A DNA stretch of 64,000 nucleotides from Candidatus Uhrbacteria bacterium (lineage in GTDB: Bacteria; Patescibacteriota; Patescibacteriia; JACQRZ01), in the NCBI GenBank assembly GCA_016206155.1, contig JACQSC010000002.1, positions 15,473-79,472 of the forward strand, given 5' to 3'. Under the pieces are notes generated by a model that did no database searches, had not been told where the DNA came from, and worked only from the letters and a program-made list of their open reading frames with translations. Positions 9,426 through 20,351 of the stretch are shown here, one piece after another. The translations under genes were made by a program, and so were the position numbers. Position 1 is the stretch's first letter, and every line of letters begins with the position of its first letter.

Positions 9426-10115
9426 GTGTCAATACGCTACTATTATTATATGTCCACCCAACAGCTGTTCGCCTTTCTTGGTTCTTTAATTGTTATCCTC
9501 GGCATCGGGGGGTTTTTGACATTTCAGGATCGCATCCTTCCGGGCAAGAATCCTTCTGCCACGTCAGCACGGAAAAACGCGAGCACACCAATCGATGGAG
9601 CGATTCAATCTTCGGATGCGGTGACAATAGGGCCAGATCAGGCAACCGTTACCGTCGTCGAATTTATAGACTTTCAGTGTCCGTTTTGCCGCGCCGCACA
9701 TCCGACGCTGGCGCGCATCATGGATGAATATAAGGATAGACCCGTGCGGTTTATGTTCCGCCATTTTCCAATTATCTCCATTCATCCGCTCGCGCTACCC
9801 GCATCCAACGCGTCGCTGTGCGCCAATGAGCAAAAACAATTCCTCCCCTACTACGACATTCTCTACACGCGCCAAGACGAAATCTCTCTTGCAAACCTCG
9901 TCATCTTTGCAGAAAGTCTCGGCCTTAATCTCAGGCAGTTTAACGCCTGCCTTGCTGAAAAACGATACGAATCGTTGATTCGCCAGGACGTGCGCGACGG
10001 CTTGAATCTGGGCCTTGAAGGAACGCCGACATGGTTTATCAACGACACGCGGCTAGTCGGCGCCGTGCCGTATGAAAAACTAAAAGAAGCGATAGAACAA
10101 GAACTGAAAAAATAA
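9426..10115 (+). CDS. DsbA-like thiol:disulfide oxidoreductase (thioredoxin fold), membrane-anchored
   Basis: CxxC active site 'CPFC' and an N-terminal TM helix. Confidence 0.7.
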   Translation: MSIRYYYYMSTQQLFAFLGSLIVILGIGGFLTFQDRILPGKNPSATSARKNASTPIDGAIQSSDAVTIGPDQATVTVVEFIDFQCPFCRAAHPTLARIMDEYKDRPVRFMFRHFPIISIHPLALPASNASLCANEQKQFLPYYDILYTRQDEISLANLVIFAESLGLNLRQFNACLAEKRYESLIRQDVRDGLNLGLEGTPTWFINDTRLVGAVPYEKLKEAIEQELKK

Positions 10116-10311
10116 TCCCCCCTCTCTTCCTTTTTTCTGAACGGTGCTGTATACTGTCCCAAACATCACTTTGGAGTGTGTGACGACTTCCGCAGTTGGC
10201 ACATTTCTTCGTTACCGCCTCCGGTACGGGGACACCGTACTATTAGAGTACGCCTTACTCCGTTCCTCGGCGGTGCCTTGAACTGTACTCAACTGCGAGA
10301 GTCGTAAAAAT

Positions 10312-13131
10312 ATGCAGCAACAATCGATTGTCATTCGCGGATGCCGCGTCAATAATTTAAAAAACGTTTCGCTTGATATTCCCCACAACGCGCTTGTTGT
10401 CTTCACGGGATTGTCGGGATCGGGAAAATCGTCTTTGGCGTTTGATACAATTTATGCCGAGGGACAGCGCCGATTCATGGAGAGCCTCTCAAGTTTTACC
10501 AAGCACTTTCTCGAAAACATCGACAAGCCTGACGTCGAGCGCATCGAGGGGCTTCCCCCCACGATCGCGATTGATCAACGCACCACATCCTCTTCGCCGC
10601 GCTCAACAGTCGGAACCGCTACCGAAATGTACGACGCCCTTCGCCTCCTCTTTGCTCGCGCGGGGACGCCACATTGTCCGCTCTGCGGCATCGAAGTTTC
10701 AGCGCGGACACGCCAACACATCATCCATGACGTGGGACAGCGCATTAAAAAGGGGGGTGCCGCTATCACCATTGCCGCCCCGCTTAAAAAAGGAGAGCAT
10801 ATCGATATCGATCGCATGCTTGAGGAGCTGGAAAAATTATCAATTCACGCCCTCCGTATTGACGGGCAATCATACACGCTTGCCAATCTCATTCGAAATC
10901 CTCGTGCAATGGACGGCGTCCATACGATCGATGTTATTGTCGATCGATTCGAGCATCCCGCCGAGGATGCGCGTGATTCTGCGCGTATTGTGCGATCCGT
11001 TCAGCGTGCGCTCGAATTTGGCGATGGAACACTGTCCATCTGGGAAGAAAAAATAAAACAAGGGACCACTATTACCGAACGGCTTACCTGCACCCGCTGC
11101 GCCTATACCGTTGAGCATCTCGAGCCGCGCCATTTTTCTTTTAATAACCCCACCGGGGCGTGCTCCCCGTGCGCCGGTCTTGGTGTCTTGCACCAGTTCG
11201 ATACCGAGCTCCTGATTCCCAATCAAAAGCTTACTGTTGCGCAAGGTGCAATTCATCCTCTTTCAAAATTTTATGCAAACACCCATGGGCTCATGCAGTC
11301 CATCAATGAGTTGCTTGTGGCGCTTGGCACATCAAACAGCGCCCCTTTGGAGGCATATACAAAAAAACAGCGCGACGGCCTTCTGTATGGCTTGAAAAAA
11401 GAATCATCCTTTGGCGGAGTAATCCCGTATCTGCAGACGAAATACGAGCAAAGCGACTCCGAGTATATTCGCGCTGAGTTGGAGACATATATGCGAATCT
11501 CAACCTGCTCTTCGTGCCATGGCAAGCGTCTAAAAAAAGACGCCCTTGCCGTCACCGTTGCAGGACATTCGATTGATCAAATTGTCGCCATGCCAATCGA
11601 ACATCTTCTGAAGCTTTTTCGCTCCTGTTCACTGAATCAGTCCCAGCGCGCAATTACCGAGCCGATTGTCAACGAAATACTCAACCGCGCACAGGCGCTC
11701 ACCCGCGTAGGTCTTTCCTACCTTGTTCTGGACCGCAGTATGCCGACGCTCTCAGGCGGAGAAGCGCAGCGCGTCAAACTCGCAGCACATGTCAGCACGT
11801 CACTTGTCGGCGTTGTCTACTGTCTGGACGAACCATCTGTGGGACTCCATCCGCGCGACACCGACCATCTTATTGCAACACTAAAAGAACTGCAGGGACT
11901 CGGTAACACCGTTATTGTTGTTGAACATGACAAACAGATTATTCTCGCCGCAGACAGCATCGTCGACATTGGACCTGGCGCCGGAAAGCAAGGGGGCACG
12001 ATTGTTGCCCAAGGATCCGCGCAGGACATCGTGAAGACAAAAGCCTCGCTGACCGGACGATATCTTTCTGGCGCAAAAGCAATCGCGCTTCCTCGCAAAA
12101 AGCGCATTCGCACAGACGCGTGTATCGATCTTGTCGGTGTCCGTGAGCATAACTTGAAAAATATCTCCGTCCGCATACCAACCGGAGCGCTGGTTGCAAT
12201 TACCGGCGTGTCTGGATCGGGAAAATCAAGCCTGGTGATCGACGTGTTAAGCAAAGCCCTCATGAAGCGATTCTACCGCAGCAAGGATATTCCGGGCGCG
12301 CATGACGACATCCGCGGCCTGGAATATATTGACAAGGCAATCGTTATCGATCAGGCGCCGATTGGGCGGACGCCGCGCAGCAATCCCATCACCTATACGA
12401 ATATCTTCACCCCCGTCCGCGAGCTATTCACCAATCTTCCCGAATCAAAAATCAGAGGGTTTACACCCGGCCATTTTAGTTTTAATGTAAAGGGGGGGCG
12501 GTGTGAAACGTGCCAGGGCGAAGGAATGATGCGTATCGATATGCGCTTCCTTTCGGATGTCTATGTCGAATGTGGCGACTGCGGAGGAAGGCGCTACACG
12601 CCCGATGCCCTTGAGGTTCATTTTGAGGGACTCTCCATTGCCGACGTGCTTGACTTGACTGTCAGCGAAGCGTGCGAGGTTTTCAAAAAGATTTCCCCGA
12701 TCTATGATAAGCTAAAGGTGCTTGCCGATGTTGGTCTTGGGTACATTCGTCTTGGGCAACCGGCTCCCACATTATCCGGCGGTGAGGCACAGCGCATCAA
12801 ACTTGCCGCAGAGCTTTCTCGGCGATCAACTGGACGAACCCTGACCATCCTCGATGAACCAACCACCGGACTCCACTTTGAAGATATCCAACAACTTCTC
12901 GGGGTGCTCGATGCGCTTGTCGCAAAAGGGAATACCGTCCTGATGATCGAACACAACCTTGACGTAATCCGTTGCGCGGATTGGATCATTGATTTGGGAC
13001 CTGAGGGTGGAGAAGCGGGCGGATATGTCGTCGCGCAAGGAAGCCCTTCTGATGTTGCCAACAATCCGCAGAGTATCACCGGCCGCTATTTGAAAAAGGC
13101 GTTGATTGAGCAAGGAGCTATGAAGAATTAA
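10312..13131 (+). CDS. uvrA: excinuclease ABC subunit A
   Basis: 939 aa with two ABC ATPase modules ('[14 protein letters not shown]', '[11 protein letters not shown]'), zinc-finger Cys clusters and 'LSGGEAQR' signatures. Confidence 0.95.
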   Translation: MQQQSIVIRGCRVNNLKNVSLDIPHNALVVFTGLSGSGKSSLAFDTIYAEGQRRFMESLSSFTKHFLENIDKPDVERIEGLPPTIAIDQRTTSSSPRSTVGTATEMYDALRLLFARAGTPHCPLCGIEVSARTRQHIIHDVGQRIKKGGAAITIAAPLKKGEHIDIDRMLEELEKLSIHALRIDGQSYTLANLIRNPRAMDGVHTIDVIVDRFEHPAEDARDSARIVRSVQRALEFGDGTLSIWEEKIKQGTTITERLTCTRCAYTVEHLEPRHFSFNNPTGACSPCAGLGVLHQFDTELLIPNQKLTVAQGAIHPLSKFYANTHGLMQSINELLVALGTSNSAPLEAYTKKQRDGLLYGLKKESSFGGVIPYLQTKYEQSDSEYIRAELETYMRISTCSSCHGKRLKKDALAVTVAGHSIDQIVAMPIEHLLKLFRSCSLNQSQRAITEPIVNEILNRAQALTRVGLSYLVLDRSMPTLSGGEAQRVKLAAHVSTSLVGVVYCLDEPSVGLHPRDTDHLIATLKELQGLGNTVIVVEHDKQIILAADSIVDIGPGAGKQGGTIVAQGSAQDIVKTKASLTGRYLSGAKAIALPRKKRIRTDACIDLVGVREHNLKNISVRIPTGALVAITGVSGSGKSSLVIDVLSKALMKRFYRSKDIPGAHDDIRGLEYIDKAIVIDQAPIGRTPRSNPITYTNIFTPVRELFTNLPESKIRGFTPGHFSFNVKGGRCETCQGEGMMRIDMRFLSDVYVECGDCGGRRYTPDALEVHFEGLSIADVLDLTVSEACEVFKKISPIYDKLKVLADVGLGYIRLGQPAPTLSGGEAQRIKLAAELSRRSTGRTLTILDEPTTGLHFEDIQQLLGVLDALVAKGNTVLMIEHNLDVIRCADWIIDLGPEGGEAGGYVVAQGSPSDVANNPQSITGRYLKKALIEQGAMKN

Positions 13132-13204
13132 GAATCAAGAATTAAGAATTAAGCAAAGGGATATTTGTATTATTCGTAATTCTTGATTCGTAATTCTTAA
13201 TTCC
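13124..13204. repeat. heptamer-array hairpin (short MITE-like element) between uvrA and leuS
   Basis: 'gaattaagaatcaagaattaagaattaag' and, 22 nt later, its inverse 'cgtaattcttgattcgtaattcttaattc'. Same heptamer family as the 1440 and 3431 elements. Confidence 0.7.
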
Positions 13205-13223
13205 TCTCCGGAGGAAGGAGTGC

Positions 13224-15689
13224 ATGATGAGGCATAAAAACAGTGCAAGCTATAACCACGCTCACATCGAGCAGAAGTGGCAAGAATACTGGCGCGATCA
13301 TCAGACGTTTGCCGCCGCAAACGACTCACCAAAGGAAAAAAAATACATCCTCGTTGAATTTCCCTATCCATCCGGCGAAGGTCTTCATATGGGTCATTTG
13401 CGTCCGTACACGGCCGGCGACGTGATGAGCCGTTTTTGGCGCATGAGAGGATGCGAGGTGCTTTATCCTATGGGCTGGGATGCATTTGGCTTGCCAGCGG
13501 AGAATTACGCCATAAAGAAGGGAGTTCATCCCAGTATTTCGACTGAGCAAAATATCAAAAACGCAAAAAAGCAGCTCCAGAGCTGGGGAATGAGTTTTGA
13601 CTGGAGTCGTGAGGTGAATACCACCGATCCAGCATACTATCGATGGACCCAGTGGATCTTTTTGCAATTCTGGCATGCCGGACTGGCCTACGAGGCGGTA
13701 GGTCTGATTAATTGGTGTCCCAAAGATAAAACAGGACTTGCCAACGAGGAAGTTATTGATGGACGCTGCGAGCGATGCGGCGCAAAGGTTGAAAAAAAAG
13801 AACTGCGCCAATGGTATCTCAAAATTACGGCCTACGCCGAAAAATTGCTCACGGGCCTGGACCAGCTGCGGCAATGGCCTGATGCGGTCAAGCTTCAACA
13901 GGAACATTGGATCGGAAAAAGCGAAGGCTCCATGATTGACTTTCGCATCAAAAACACCACCCTGACCGTTTCGGTGTTTACCACGCGCCCCGATACGTTA
14001 TATGGCGTCACCGCTCTTGTTCTTGCGCCCGAACATCACATCATCAATGAACTCAAAACGCCGATCGGAAATATCCGCGAGGTGCGCGACTACATCGAAA
14101 AAGCGCGCAGCGCCTCTGACACAGAACGACTGGCAACAACACGCAAAAAAACCGGCGTTCCTCTCAAGGGCATCATGGCTATACATCCTGCGACAAAGGA
14201 GGAAATTCCACTATGGACCGCCGATTATGTCCTTGCGGCGTACGGCACAGGCGCTGTCATGAGTGTGCCGGCGCACGATGACCGCGATTTTGCTTTTGCA
14301 AAAAAATACGACCTTCCCATGAAAATCGTCATTATGCCTGATGATGCGCACGCCATTCTTTCCCGCGCGCGCCAGAACATAGCATATACCGGTTCTGGGG
14401 TGATGGTCGCTTCGGGTCCTTTTACCGGCATGCCATCGCAGGAAGCAAAGGACGCTATTGTAAAACACGTAAAGGGAAAGCGAGTCGTTCAGTACAAATT
14501 GCGCGATTGGGTATTTTCTCGACAGCGGTATTGGGGAGAACCAATCCCCCTCATTCACTGTTCAGCGTGCGGAATCGTTCCTGTTCCCGAAAAAGATTTG
14601 CCTGTCACTCTTCCAGACGTGGAAAAATATGAACCAACAGGCACGGGCGAATCTCCGCTCGCGGCAATTGAGGAGTGGGTGAACACGTCCTGCCCTCGCT
14701 GTAAAGGACGCGCGCGCCGTGAAACAAACACGATGCCGCAATGGGCGGGAAGCTGCTGGTACTTCCTGCGTTATACTGATCCGCATAACGCCGCCGCTTT
14801 TGCCGATAAAGAGGTCATGAAACAGTGGCTTCCCGTAGATATATACTTCGGCGGTGCGGAACACATAACGCTTCACCTCCTCTATTCCCGTTTTTGGAAT
14901 CTTTTCCTTTATGACCAACAGCTTGTTCCCGTGAAAGAACCATACACTCGCCGCGCCATTCACGGCATCATTTTGGGACCCGACGGAGAGAAAATGAGCA
15001 AAAGCCGCGGGAACGTCGTGAACCCGAACGATCTCGTATCGTCCTATGGCGCAGACACCGTCCGCATGTATGAATTGTTCCTCGGACCCCATGAGGCAAC
15101 GGTCGCATGGAATGACAATGGAATCATCGGGATCCGGCGCTTTATCGAGCGCGTATGGCGACTGTATGCCGACTGTTTTATCGATGACGAAAGTGCATCG
15201 ACGCCGCCTTCCCCAATGGCGATAAAAAGCGTTCATCGCGCAATAAAAAAAGTAACCGACGACATCAATGCAATGAAATTCAATACGGCCATAAGCGCCA
15301 TGATGATGTGCGTCAACGAACTGTACGATGCGTGCAGTGAAAAAAAACATTCCCTCCCCAAAGAACTTCAAGGGGCCTTCGTGCGCATCCTCTCTCCGTT
15401 CGCGCCGCATATCGCGGAAGAACTCTGGCGTATGATGGGACATCAGGGCACTCTTGCGTATGAGCCGTGGCCATCATATGATGAAGCGCTGATCAGAGAG
15501 GCTATGTTCACCCTCGCGGTGCAAATCAACGGCAAAACCCGCGACACCTTTGCGTGCGATGTCGGCACGAGTGAAAAAAAGCTAATCAGTCTAGCGCGTG
15601 AACGGCCGAAAGTAAAAAAATGGATCGAAGGAAAGAACATTAAAAAAACGATTTATATTAAGGGGCGATTAATCAATCTGATCATATGA
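13224..15689 (+). CDS. leuS: leucine--tRNA ligase
   Basis: 'PYPSGEGLHMGHL' HIGH region, 'KMSKS' signature, editing-domain sized insertion, 821 aa. Confidence 0.95.
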   Translation: MMRHKNSASYNHAHIEQKWQEYWRDHQTFAAANDSPKEKKYILVEFPYPSGEGLHMGHLRPYTAGDVMSRFWRMRGCEVLYPMGWDAFGLPAENYAIKKGVHPSISTEQNIKNAKKQLQSWGMSFDWSREVNTTDPAYYRWTQWIFLQFWHAGLAYEAVGLINWCPKDKTGLANEEVIDGRCERCGAKVEKKELRQWYLKITAYAEKLLTGLDQLRQWPDAVKLQQEHWIGKSEGSMIDFRIKNTTLTVSVFTTRPDTLYGVTALVLAPEHHIINELKTPIGNIREVRDYIEKARSASDTERLATTRKKTGVPLKGIMAIHPATKEEIPLWTADYVLAAYGTGAVMSVPAHDDRDFAFAKKYDLPMKIVIMPDDAHAILSRARQNIAYTGSGVMVASGPFTGMPSQEAKDAIVKHVKGKRVVQYKLRDWVFSRQRYWGEPIPLIHCSACGIVPVPEKDLPVTLPDVEKYEPTGTGESPLAAIEEWVNTSCPRCKGRARRETNTMPQWAGSCWYFLRYTDPHNAAAFADKEVMKQWLPVDIYFGGAEHITLHLLYSRFWNLFLYDQQLVPVKEPYTRRAIHGIILGPDGEKMSKSRGNVVNPNDLVSSYGADTVRMYELFLGPHEATVAWNDNGIIGIRRFIERVWRLYADCFIDDESASTPPSPMAIKSVHRAIKKVTDDINAMKFNTAISAMMMCVNELYDACSEKKHSLPKELQGAFVRILSPFAPHIAEELWRMMGHQGTLAYEPWPSYDEALIREAMFTLAVQINGKTRDTFACDVGTSEKKLISLARERPKVKKWIEGKNIKKTIYIKGRLINLII

Positions 15690-16543
15690 CCAAGTCTCCC
15701 GACCGCTTCTCCGAGCTCACCAATCGCATCTTCGGCGAGCAAAAAACTCTTGATGCGCTTTTAAAAGGTGGCGAGAAGAAAGAAGCAATAGTTGCTCAAC
15801 TTGTCTCCGAGCTTCGGGATGATTTTCCCGGGCAAGAGGATTTTGTAAAAGACCTTTCCCAAATGCTTGCAATTGAGGGCGATGATGGCGTGACGAATCG
15901 GCGCGACGGTGCATTGGCCGTTCTTACTGATTTTGCCTTTTTTGATATCATAGAAAATCAGACCGCTGTTGCATACCAGGCGTATCTTGACGCAGTCAAA
16001 CAGCAAGATAAAGATAATAATCCTTTTTCCGGCTCCATTGACGCGCTTCTGGAAGCGGGAAAAATTATTGGGCCATTTGTCTTCAAGGCAAATGGAAATA
16101 AGTACTTCAAAAGAGAAAAGATTATCGCCGCCTGGGAAAAAGTAAAGGATAATTTTTTTGACGACGATGCGCTGCACATCGAAAGAAAACTGTTAAAAAT
16201 CAAAAAAAGCATGAAAAAAAATGGCGCGCTGCTTCTCAAGGTGGAAACCCTAAGAAATCGAAAAGGCGTGTACCTATCAAGAGATGAAATGGCTGCAATG
16301 CTGAAAGAACCATTGTGGGCAATCGACGGCGCAATAGGTATTCTTATTTATGAAAAAAGGGTTGCGGCTCGCGGGAGAAATAATGAAGAAAAGATGGCTT
16401 TCGATGATCGTGTCCTTGCATTAAAAGAACAAGGAATGACAAAACTGGCGATTGCGGATGAGCTCGGTGTAATGGAGAGTCCTGTCTCGGAAGCGCTCAC
16501 GCGGCTTTATAGCGCGGGACGTATAAAAAAACGTGGGAGATAA
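15686..16543 (+). CDS. hypothetical protein with a C-terminal HTH-like segment; paralog of 17869..18750
   Basis: No recognisable catalytic motifs. Shares about 30% identity blocks with the ORF on the other side of glyA, for example 'TLDALLKGGEKKEAIVAQL' against 'TLNALLIEKGERSSAIIQKL', and 'IDALLEAGKIIGPFV' against 'IRVLLDAGIALSPYL'. Confidence 0.45.
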   Translation: MTKSPDRFSELTNRIFGEQKTLDALLKGGEKKEAIVAQLVSELRDDFPGQEDFVKDLSQMLAIEGDDGVTNRRDGALAVLTDFAFFDIIENQTAVAYQAYLDAVKQQDKDNNPFSGSIDALLEAGKIIGPFVFKANGNKYFKREKIIAAWEKVKDNFFDDDALHIERKLLKIKKSMKKNGALLLKVETLRNRKGVYLSRDEMAAMLKEPLWAIDGAIGILIYEKRVAARGRNNEEKMAFDDRVLALKEQGMTKLAIADELGVMESPVSEALTRLYSAGRIKKRGR

Positions 16544-16559
16544 AAAACCTAAACCATAA

Positions 16560-17858
16560 ATGACTCCTATGCATCTTTCGAAAACCGATCCGGAACTCGC
16601 ACAGCTTCTCCAGCATGAACTTATCCGAGAGCGCGACGGCCTTGAACTTATTCCATCGGAAAATATCGTATCCCCCGCAGTCCTTGAAGCGCTCGGCTCG
16701 GTTGGCACCAATAAATACTCCGAAGGGTATCCGGGCAAACGGTATTATGGCGGTCAGGAGTTTGTGGACAAGATTGAATCGCTTGCGATTGAAAGGGCAA
16801 AAAAATTGTTCGATGTGACGCACGCAAACGTTCAGCCCTACTCTGGATCGCCGGCAAATCAGGCTGTGTGTTTTGCGCTTTTGGAGCCGGGAGAAAAACT
16901 CATGGGTATGCATCTCCTGTATGGCGGCCACCTCACGCACGGGTGGAAAGTGAATTTTTCCTCAAAATACTATACCGCCGTCCAGTATCCGACCGGGAAA
17001 GACGGGTATCTTGATTATGATGAAATTGGCCGCATCGCGCGCGAAGAAAAACCGAAACTTATCTTTATTGGCGCAACCGCCTATCCGCGGATCTTTGATT
17101 TCGCGCGGTTTGCGGAAATTGCGCATGATGTTGACGCATATCTTGTTGCCGACATCTCTCATGTATCCGGTCTTATCATCGGCGGCGTGCACCCTTCACC
17201 GGTTGGATGCGCCGATGTCATTACAACAACAACTCACAAAACGCTTCGCGGACCGCGCGGAGCCATGATTCTTTGCAATGGAGAGGAGAGCAATTTCTTG
17301 AAGCCCCCGCCGGAAAAATCACGCCGCTATTTGCCGACACTCATAGATCGCGCAGTCTTCCCGGGATTGCAGGGCGGCCCCCATGATCATCAAACAGCCG
17401 CGATTGCGGTTGCGCTCCATGAAGCCGCGCAACCCGAATTCAAAGAGTATGCGGCGCAAATTGTGCGGAATGCGAAATCGTTAGCCGATCATCTGCTGTC
17501 CTATGGTTTTACTCTTATTTCTGGGGGCACAGACAATCACATGCTTCTTGTCGACGTAACGGCAAAAGGCTTAACAGGCAAAATTGCTGAAAAAACTCTT
17601 GACGAAGTCGGCATTACCGTCAATAAGAACACCATTCCGTTTGATACGCGCTCGCCCTACGACCCTTCAGGTATTCGTATCGGGACGCCTTCGCTGACGA
17701 CACGCGGAATGAAGGAATCGGAGGTTGCAATCATCGCCGATGTGATAAACCGCGTTCTTCATCATCCTGACGATGATGCTCTCAAGCGCCGGTGTCATCA
17801 AATAATCAAAGACCTTTGCGCACAGTTCCCGATTTACCCCGATCTTTCATATCTTTAA
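16560..17858 (+). CDS. glyA: serine hydroxymethyltransferase
   Basis: PLP-lysine motif 'TTTHKTLRGPRG' and a full-length SHMT layout. Confidence 0.95.
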   Translation: MTPMHLSKTDPELAQLLQHELIRERDGLELIPSENIVSPAVLEALGSVGTNKYSEGYPGKRYYGGQEFVDKIESLAIERAKKLFDVTHANVQPYSGSPANQAVCFALLEPGEKLMGMHLLYGGHLTHGWKVNFSSKYYTAVQYPTGKDGYLDYDEIGRIAREEKPKLIFIGATAYPRIFDFARFAEIAHDVDAYLVADISHVSGLIIGGVHPSPVGCADVITTTTHKTLRGPRGAMILCNGEESNFLKPPPEKSRRYLPTLIDRAVFPGLQGGPHDHQTAAIAVALHEAAQPEFKEYAAQIVRNAKSLADHLLSYGFTLISGGTDNHMLLVDVTAKGLTGKIAEKTLDEVGITVNKNTIPFDTRSPYDPSGIRIGTPSLTTRGMKESEVAIIADVINRVLHHPDDDALKRRCHQIIKDLCAQFPIYPDLSYL

Positions 17859-17868
17859 TTTTTTTCCT

Positions 17869-18750
17869 ATGCAAGAAGGATATCCAACCGGCGCGCCGAG
17901 CCTGCCCGATGATCTTGCCCAACTACTTACGACACCGGGAACATTGAACGCGCTTCTTATCGAGAAAGGAGAGCGCAGTAGTGCTATTATTCAAAAGCTT
18001 GCGGAGGAGATGGAGCGCCATCCCGAACGACAAGAAGAGTCGCTCACGGGACTGATTCGTGCCATGGGCTATTTCGAGGCGACAAACCAGCGTGGCGCCG
18101 CTTTTGAAATCATAAAAAATCCGCTTTTGGCGCGAATGATTACCCTTCACTCACATGCCATTCATGCGTCATATCTCGATGTCGTCGGACGGCAAACCTC
18201 TGAAGGAAGCATGGCCCCTGATTCTCCTATCCGTGTTCTTCTTGACGCTGGGATAGCGCTTTCTCCCTATCTCGCGTGGGACGCTAAACGAGAATGGAGG
18301 GAGGTGCGAATGGCATGGAATGCGCTTGCCGATCGATATCCCGGACTCAATCAACAATTCAACATTCGACTTGATTTCCTTGAAATGTATGAACGGCGAT
18401 CGCCCGATCCGGTGCTTGACTGGCGCGTACAAGATCTTCGAAACAGCAGGAGGAATATAACCGCGAAGGAGATTGCAAAAAAAGCGCCCGCGTCCGAATC
18501 GGCAGTCAATACTTCCATCGCGCGCCTCATCAGGGACGAACGTGTCAGAAAACTAAACGCGCGTTCTCCGGAGCAACAAGCGCGGCACGAAAAAATAAAA
18601 CAAGAAGTAGATAGGCTTTTGGCGAACGATATCCGCCCTCAGATTATCGCGAAACTTTTGAATATAGATGCGAATAAAGTCTATGCGGCGAGGAGTGAGC
18701 TGGCTATTGAGAAAGAAATTGCAAAAAGATCACATGAAGAAAACACCTAA
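17869..18750 (+). CDS. hypothetical protein with a C-terminal HTH-like segment; paralog of 15686..16543
   Basis: See the paralog entry at 15686..16543. Overlaps the holA-like start. Confidence 0.45.
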   Translation: MQEGYPTGAPSLPDDLAQLLTTPGTLNALLIEKGERSSAIIQKLAEEMERHPERQEESLTGLIRAMGYFEATNQRGAAFEIIKNPLLARMITLHSHAIHASYLDVVGRQTSEGSMAPDSPIRVLLDAGIALSPYLAWDAKREWREVRMAWNALADRYPGLNQQFNIRLDFLEMYERRSPDPVLDWRVQDLRNSRRNITAKEIAKKAPASESAVNTSIARLIRDERVRKLNARSPEQQARHEKIKQEVDRLLANDIRPQIIAKLLNIDANKVYAARSELAIEKEIAKRSHEENT

Positions 18751-19774
18751 CATCTACCTTTTCTGCGGCCCTGACAGTTTTTCCATTACGGAAAAAATAA
18801 CGTCGTGGAAGGCGCGCTTCGCGCAAAAGTATGGAGCGGGCGGCATCAGCGTTTTTGATTGCGAAGAGCTCGGCGATGATGTGCTCATGCTGCAGGGCGT
18901 AAAAAATGCCCTTTCCGGCAGAACGCTATTTAGCGCAATATCCCTCATCATTATAAAAAACGTCTTCTCTAAAAAAGCAGGGGGGTGCCAAGAGATGCTG
19001 TGCCGCTATCTCCCTGCGCTTTCAAGCGATGCTTTTTGCGTTCTTATTGACGAAAAACGCGATCCGAAATCAGAGCTTTCCAAACTCCTCACCCAGCTGT
19101 CAAAGGAGGGCGTATGCTCGATTGAAGAGTTTATCATTCCGGCCGGCCACGCACTCAAGAAGTGGCTTGTCGCCCGCGCACAACATCATGGCGGATCGTT
19201 TGAGCCTCGTGCGCTTGTCTTCTTTACAGGCGCACTTGAACAGCAGGGTGATACCAAAGAAGATGCATCAGGGATCTCTCTTTGGCATCTTGATAATGAA
19301 ATAAGAAAACTTGTATCGTATAGCGCGGGCAAGCCCATTACCGCCGCTGCCATTGAGGCGCTGTCCTGCCTTCCGGCATCGGCGCATATCTTTGAACTCT
19401 CTGATGCGCTGCTTGCAGGAAATACAGCAACCGCGCTTCACAATATTCATCGCCTCATAGGACCATATAAAACAGGCATGCACGCGCCTTTGCTGCGCGC
19501 TCTCGCATTTCTTATGACACAATTCCGATCGTTTCTTATACTGAAAAATATGGAGGAGGGCGGCGAACCTGAGCAAGTGATCGCCGAAACACTTTCTTGG
19601 AATCCGAGGCGCGTCTGGGTTGTTCGAAATAAATTAAGCCGCCACACGACCACATCCATGAAAAGCGCCTATACAGGACTTCTCGACCTTGAACGCATCA
19701 TAAAAACGGGAAGCGGCGACGCGCTCCTCTCGTTCGATATTTTTATAAAAAAAACTACTGAACCCGCTCAGTAG
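18734..19774 (+). CDS. holA: DNA polymerase III delta subunit-like protein
   Basis: Internal start 'MKKTPNIYLFCGPDSFSI'; the 'YLFCG' region resembles the delta N-terminal domain. Size about 346 aa. Confidence 0.55.
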   Translation: MKKTPNIYLFCGPDSFSITEKITSWKARFAQKYGAGGISVFDCEELGDDVLMLQGVKNALSGRTLFSAISLIIIKNVFSKKAGGCQEMLCRYLPALSSDAFCVLIDEKRDPKSELSKLLTQLSKEGVCSIEEFIIPAGHALKKWLVARAQHHGGSFEPRALVFFTGALEQQGDTKEDASGISLWHLDNEIRKLVSYSAGKPITAAAIEALSCLPASAHIFELSDALLAGNTATALHNIHRLIGPYKTGMHAPLLRALAFLMTQFRSFLILKNMEEGGEPEQVIAETLSWNPRRVWVVRNKLSRHTTTSMKSAYTGLLDLERIIKTGSGDALLSFDIFIKKTTEPAQ

Positions 19775-19786
19775 TTTTTTGGCGTA

Positions 19787-20059
19787 TTACGCTGTCTTTT
19801 TCAATGTATTGATCTTCTTGGCAAGTCGTGACTTACGGCGGTTTGCCGTATTTTTCTTTACAATGTTCCGCTTCGCCGCCTTATCAACGCTTTTGACAAG
19901 CTTTTTATAAAAATCCTCCGCCCGCGCGGCATCCTTCTTTTCAACGGCCTTTTGCGTTTGTTTCTTTAAGTATGCCAAGTGTTCCTTCACATTCTTATTC
20001 CGCTTTGCGCGTTTTTTTGTTTGTCTGATGTCTTTGAGCGCTGCTTGTTTGTGAGCCAT
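19787..20059 (-). CDS. rpsT: 30S ribosomal protein S20
   Basis: 'MAHKQAALKDIRQTKKRAKRNKNVKEHLAYLKK', a basic protein of about 90 aa. The longer upstream ORF extension is unlikely to be real. Confidence 0.85.
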   Translation of the reverse strand: MAHKQAALKDIRQTKKRAKRNKNVKEHLAYLKKQTQKAVEKKDAARAEDFYKKLVKSVDKAAKRNIVKKNTANRRKSRLAKKINTLKKTA

Positions 20060-20269
20060 AAAAAATTTCAAATTTATAATTTCAGATTTATCAAAATACA
20101 AGGTGTCAATTCGAGGAAATGGGGTCTGGCTCAATTTCCTGAAAGGAATTTGTGCCTGACCTCATTTCATTTCTATCTGAATCGAAGAGAAGAAACAGTC
20201 TTGTTCGTTTTCTTGCGATGCTTTTTCTGCGCTATTTTTTTCTTTTTGTACATATTAATTTTTATTTAA

Positions 20270-20346
20270 TGGCGGGCCGTACGGGATTCGAACCCGTGCT
20301 CTATCGCGTGACAGGCGATTGTTTTAACCGGCTAAACTAACGGCCC
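20270..20346 (-). tRNA. tRNA-Asp (anticodon GTC), CCA encoded
   Basis: Reverse complement 'GGGCCGTTAGTTTAGCCGGTTAAAACAATCGCCTGTCACGCGATAGAGCACGGGTTCGAATCCCGTACGGCCCGCCA': anticodon stem ATCGC/GCGAT, loop CTGTCAC. Confidence 0.85.
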
Positions 20347-20351
20347 ATGGA

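Noticed and set aside
10150-10311. LexA/SOS box upstream of uvrA
   Set aside because: Only a short 'gtactattagagtac' palindrome is present. It does not match known LexA consensus types well enough to call.
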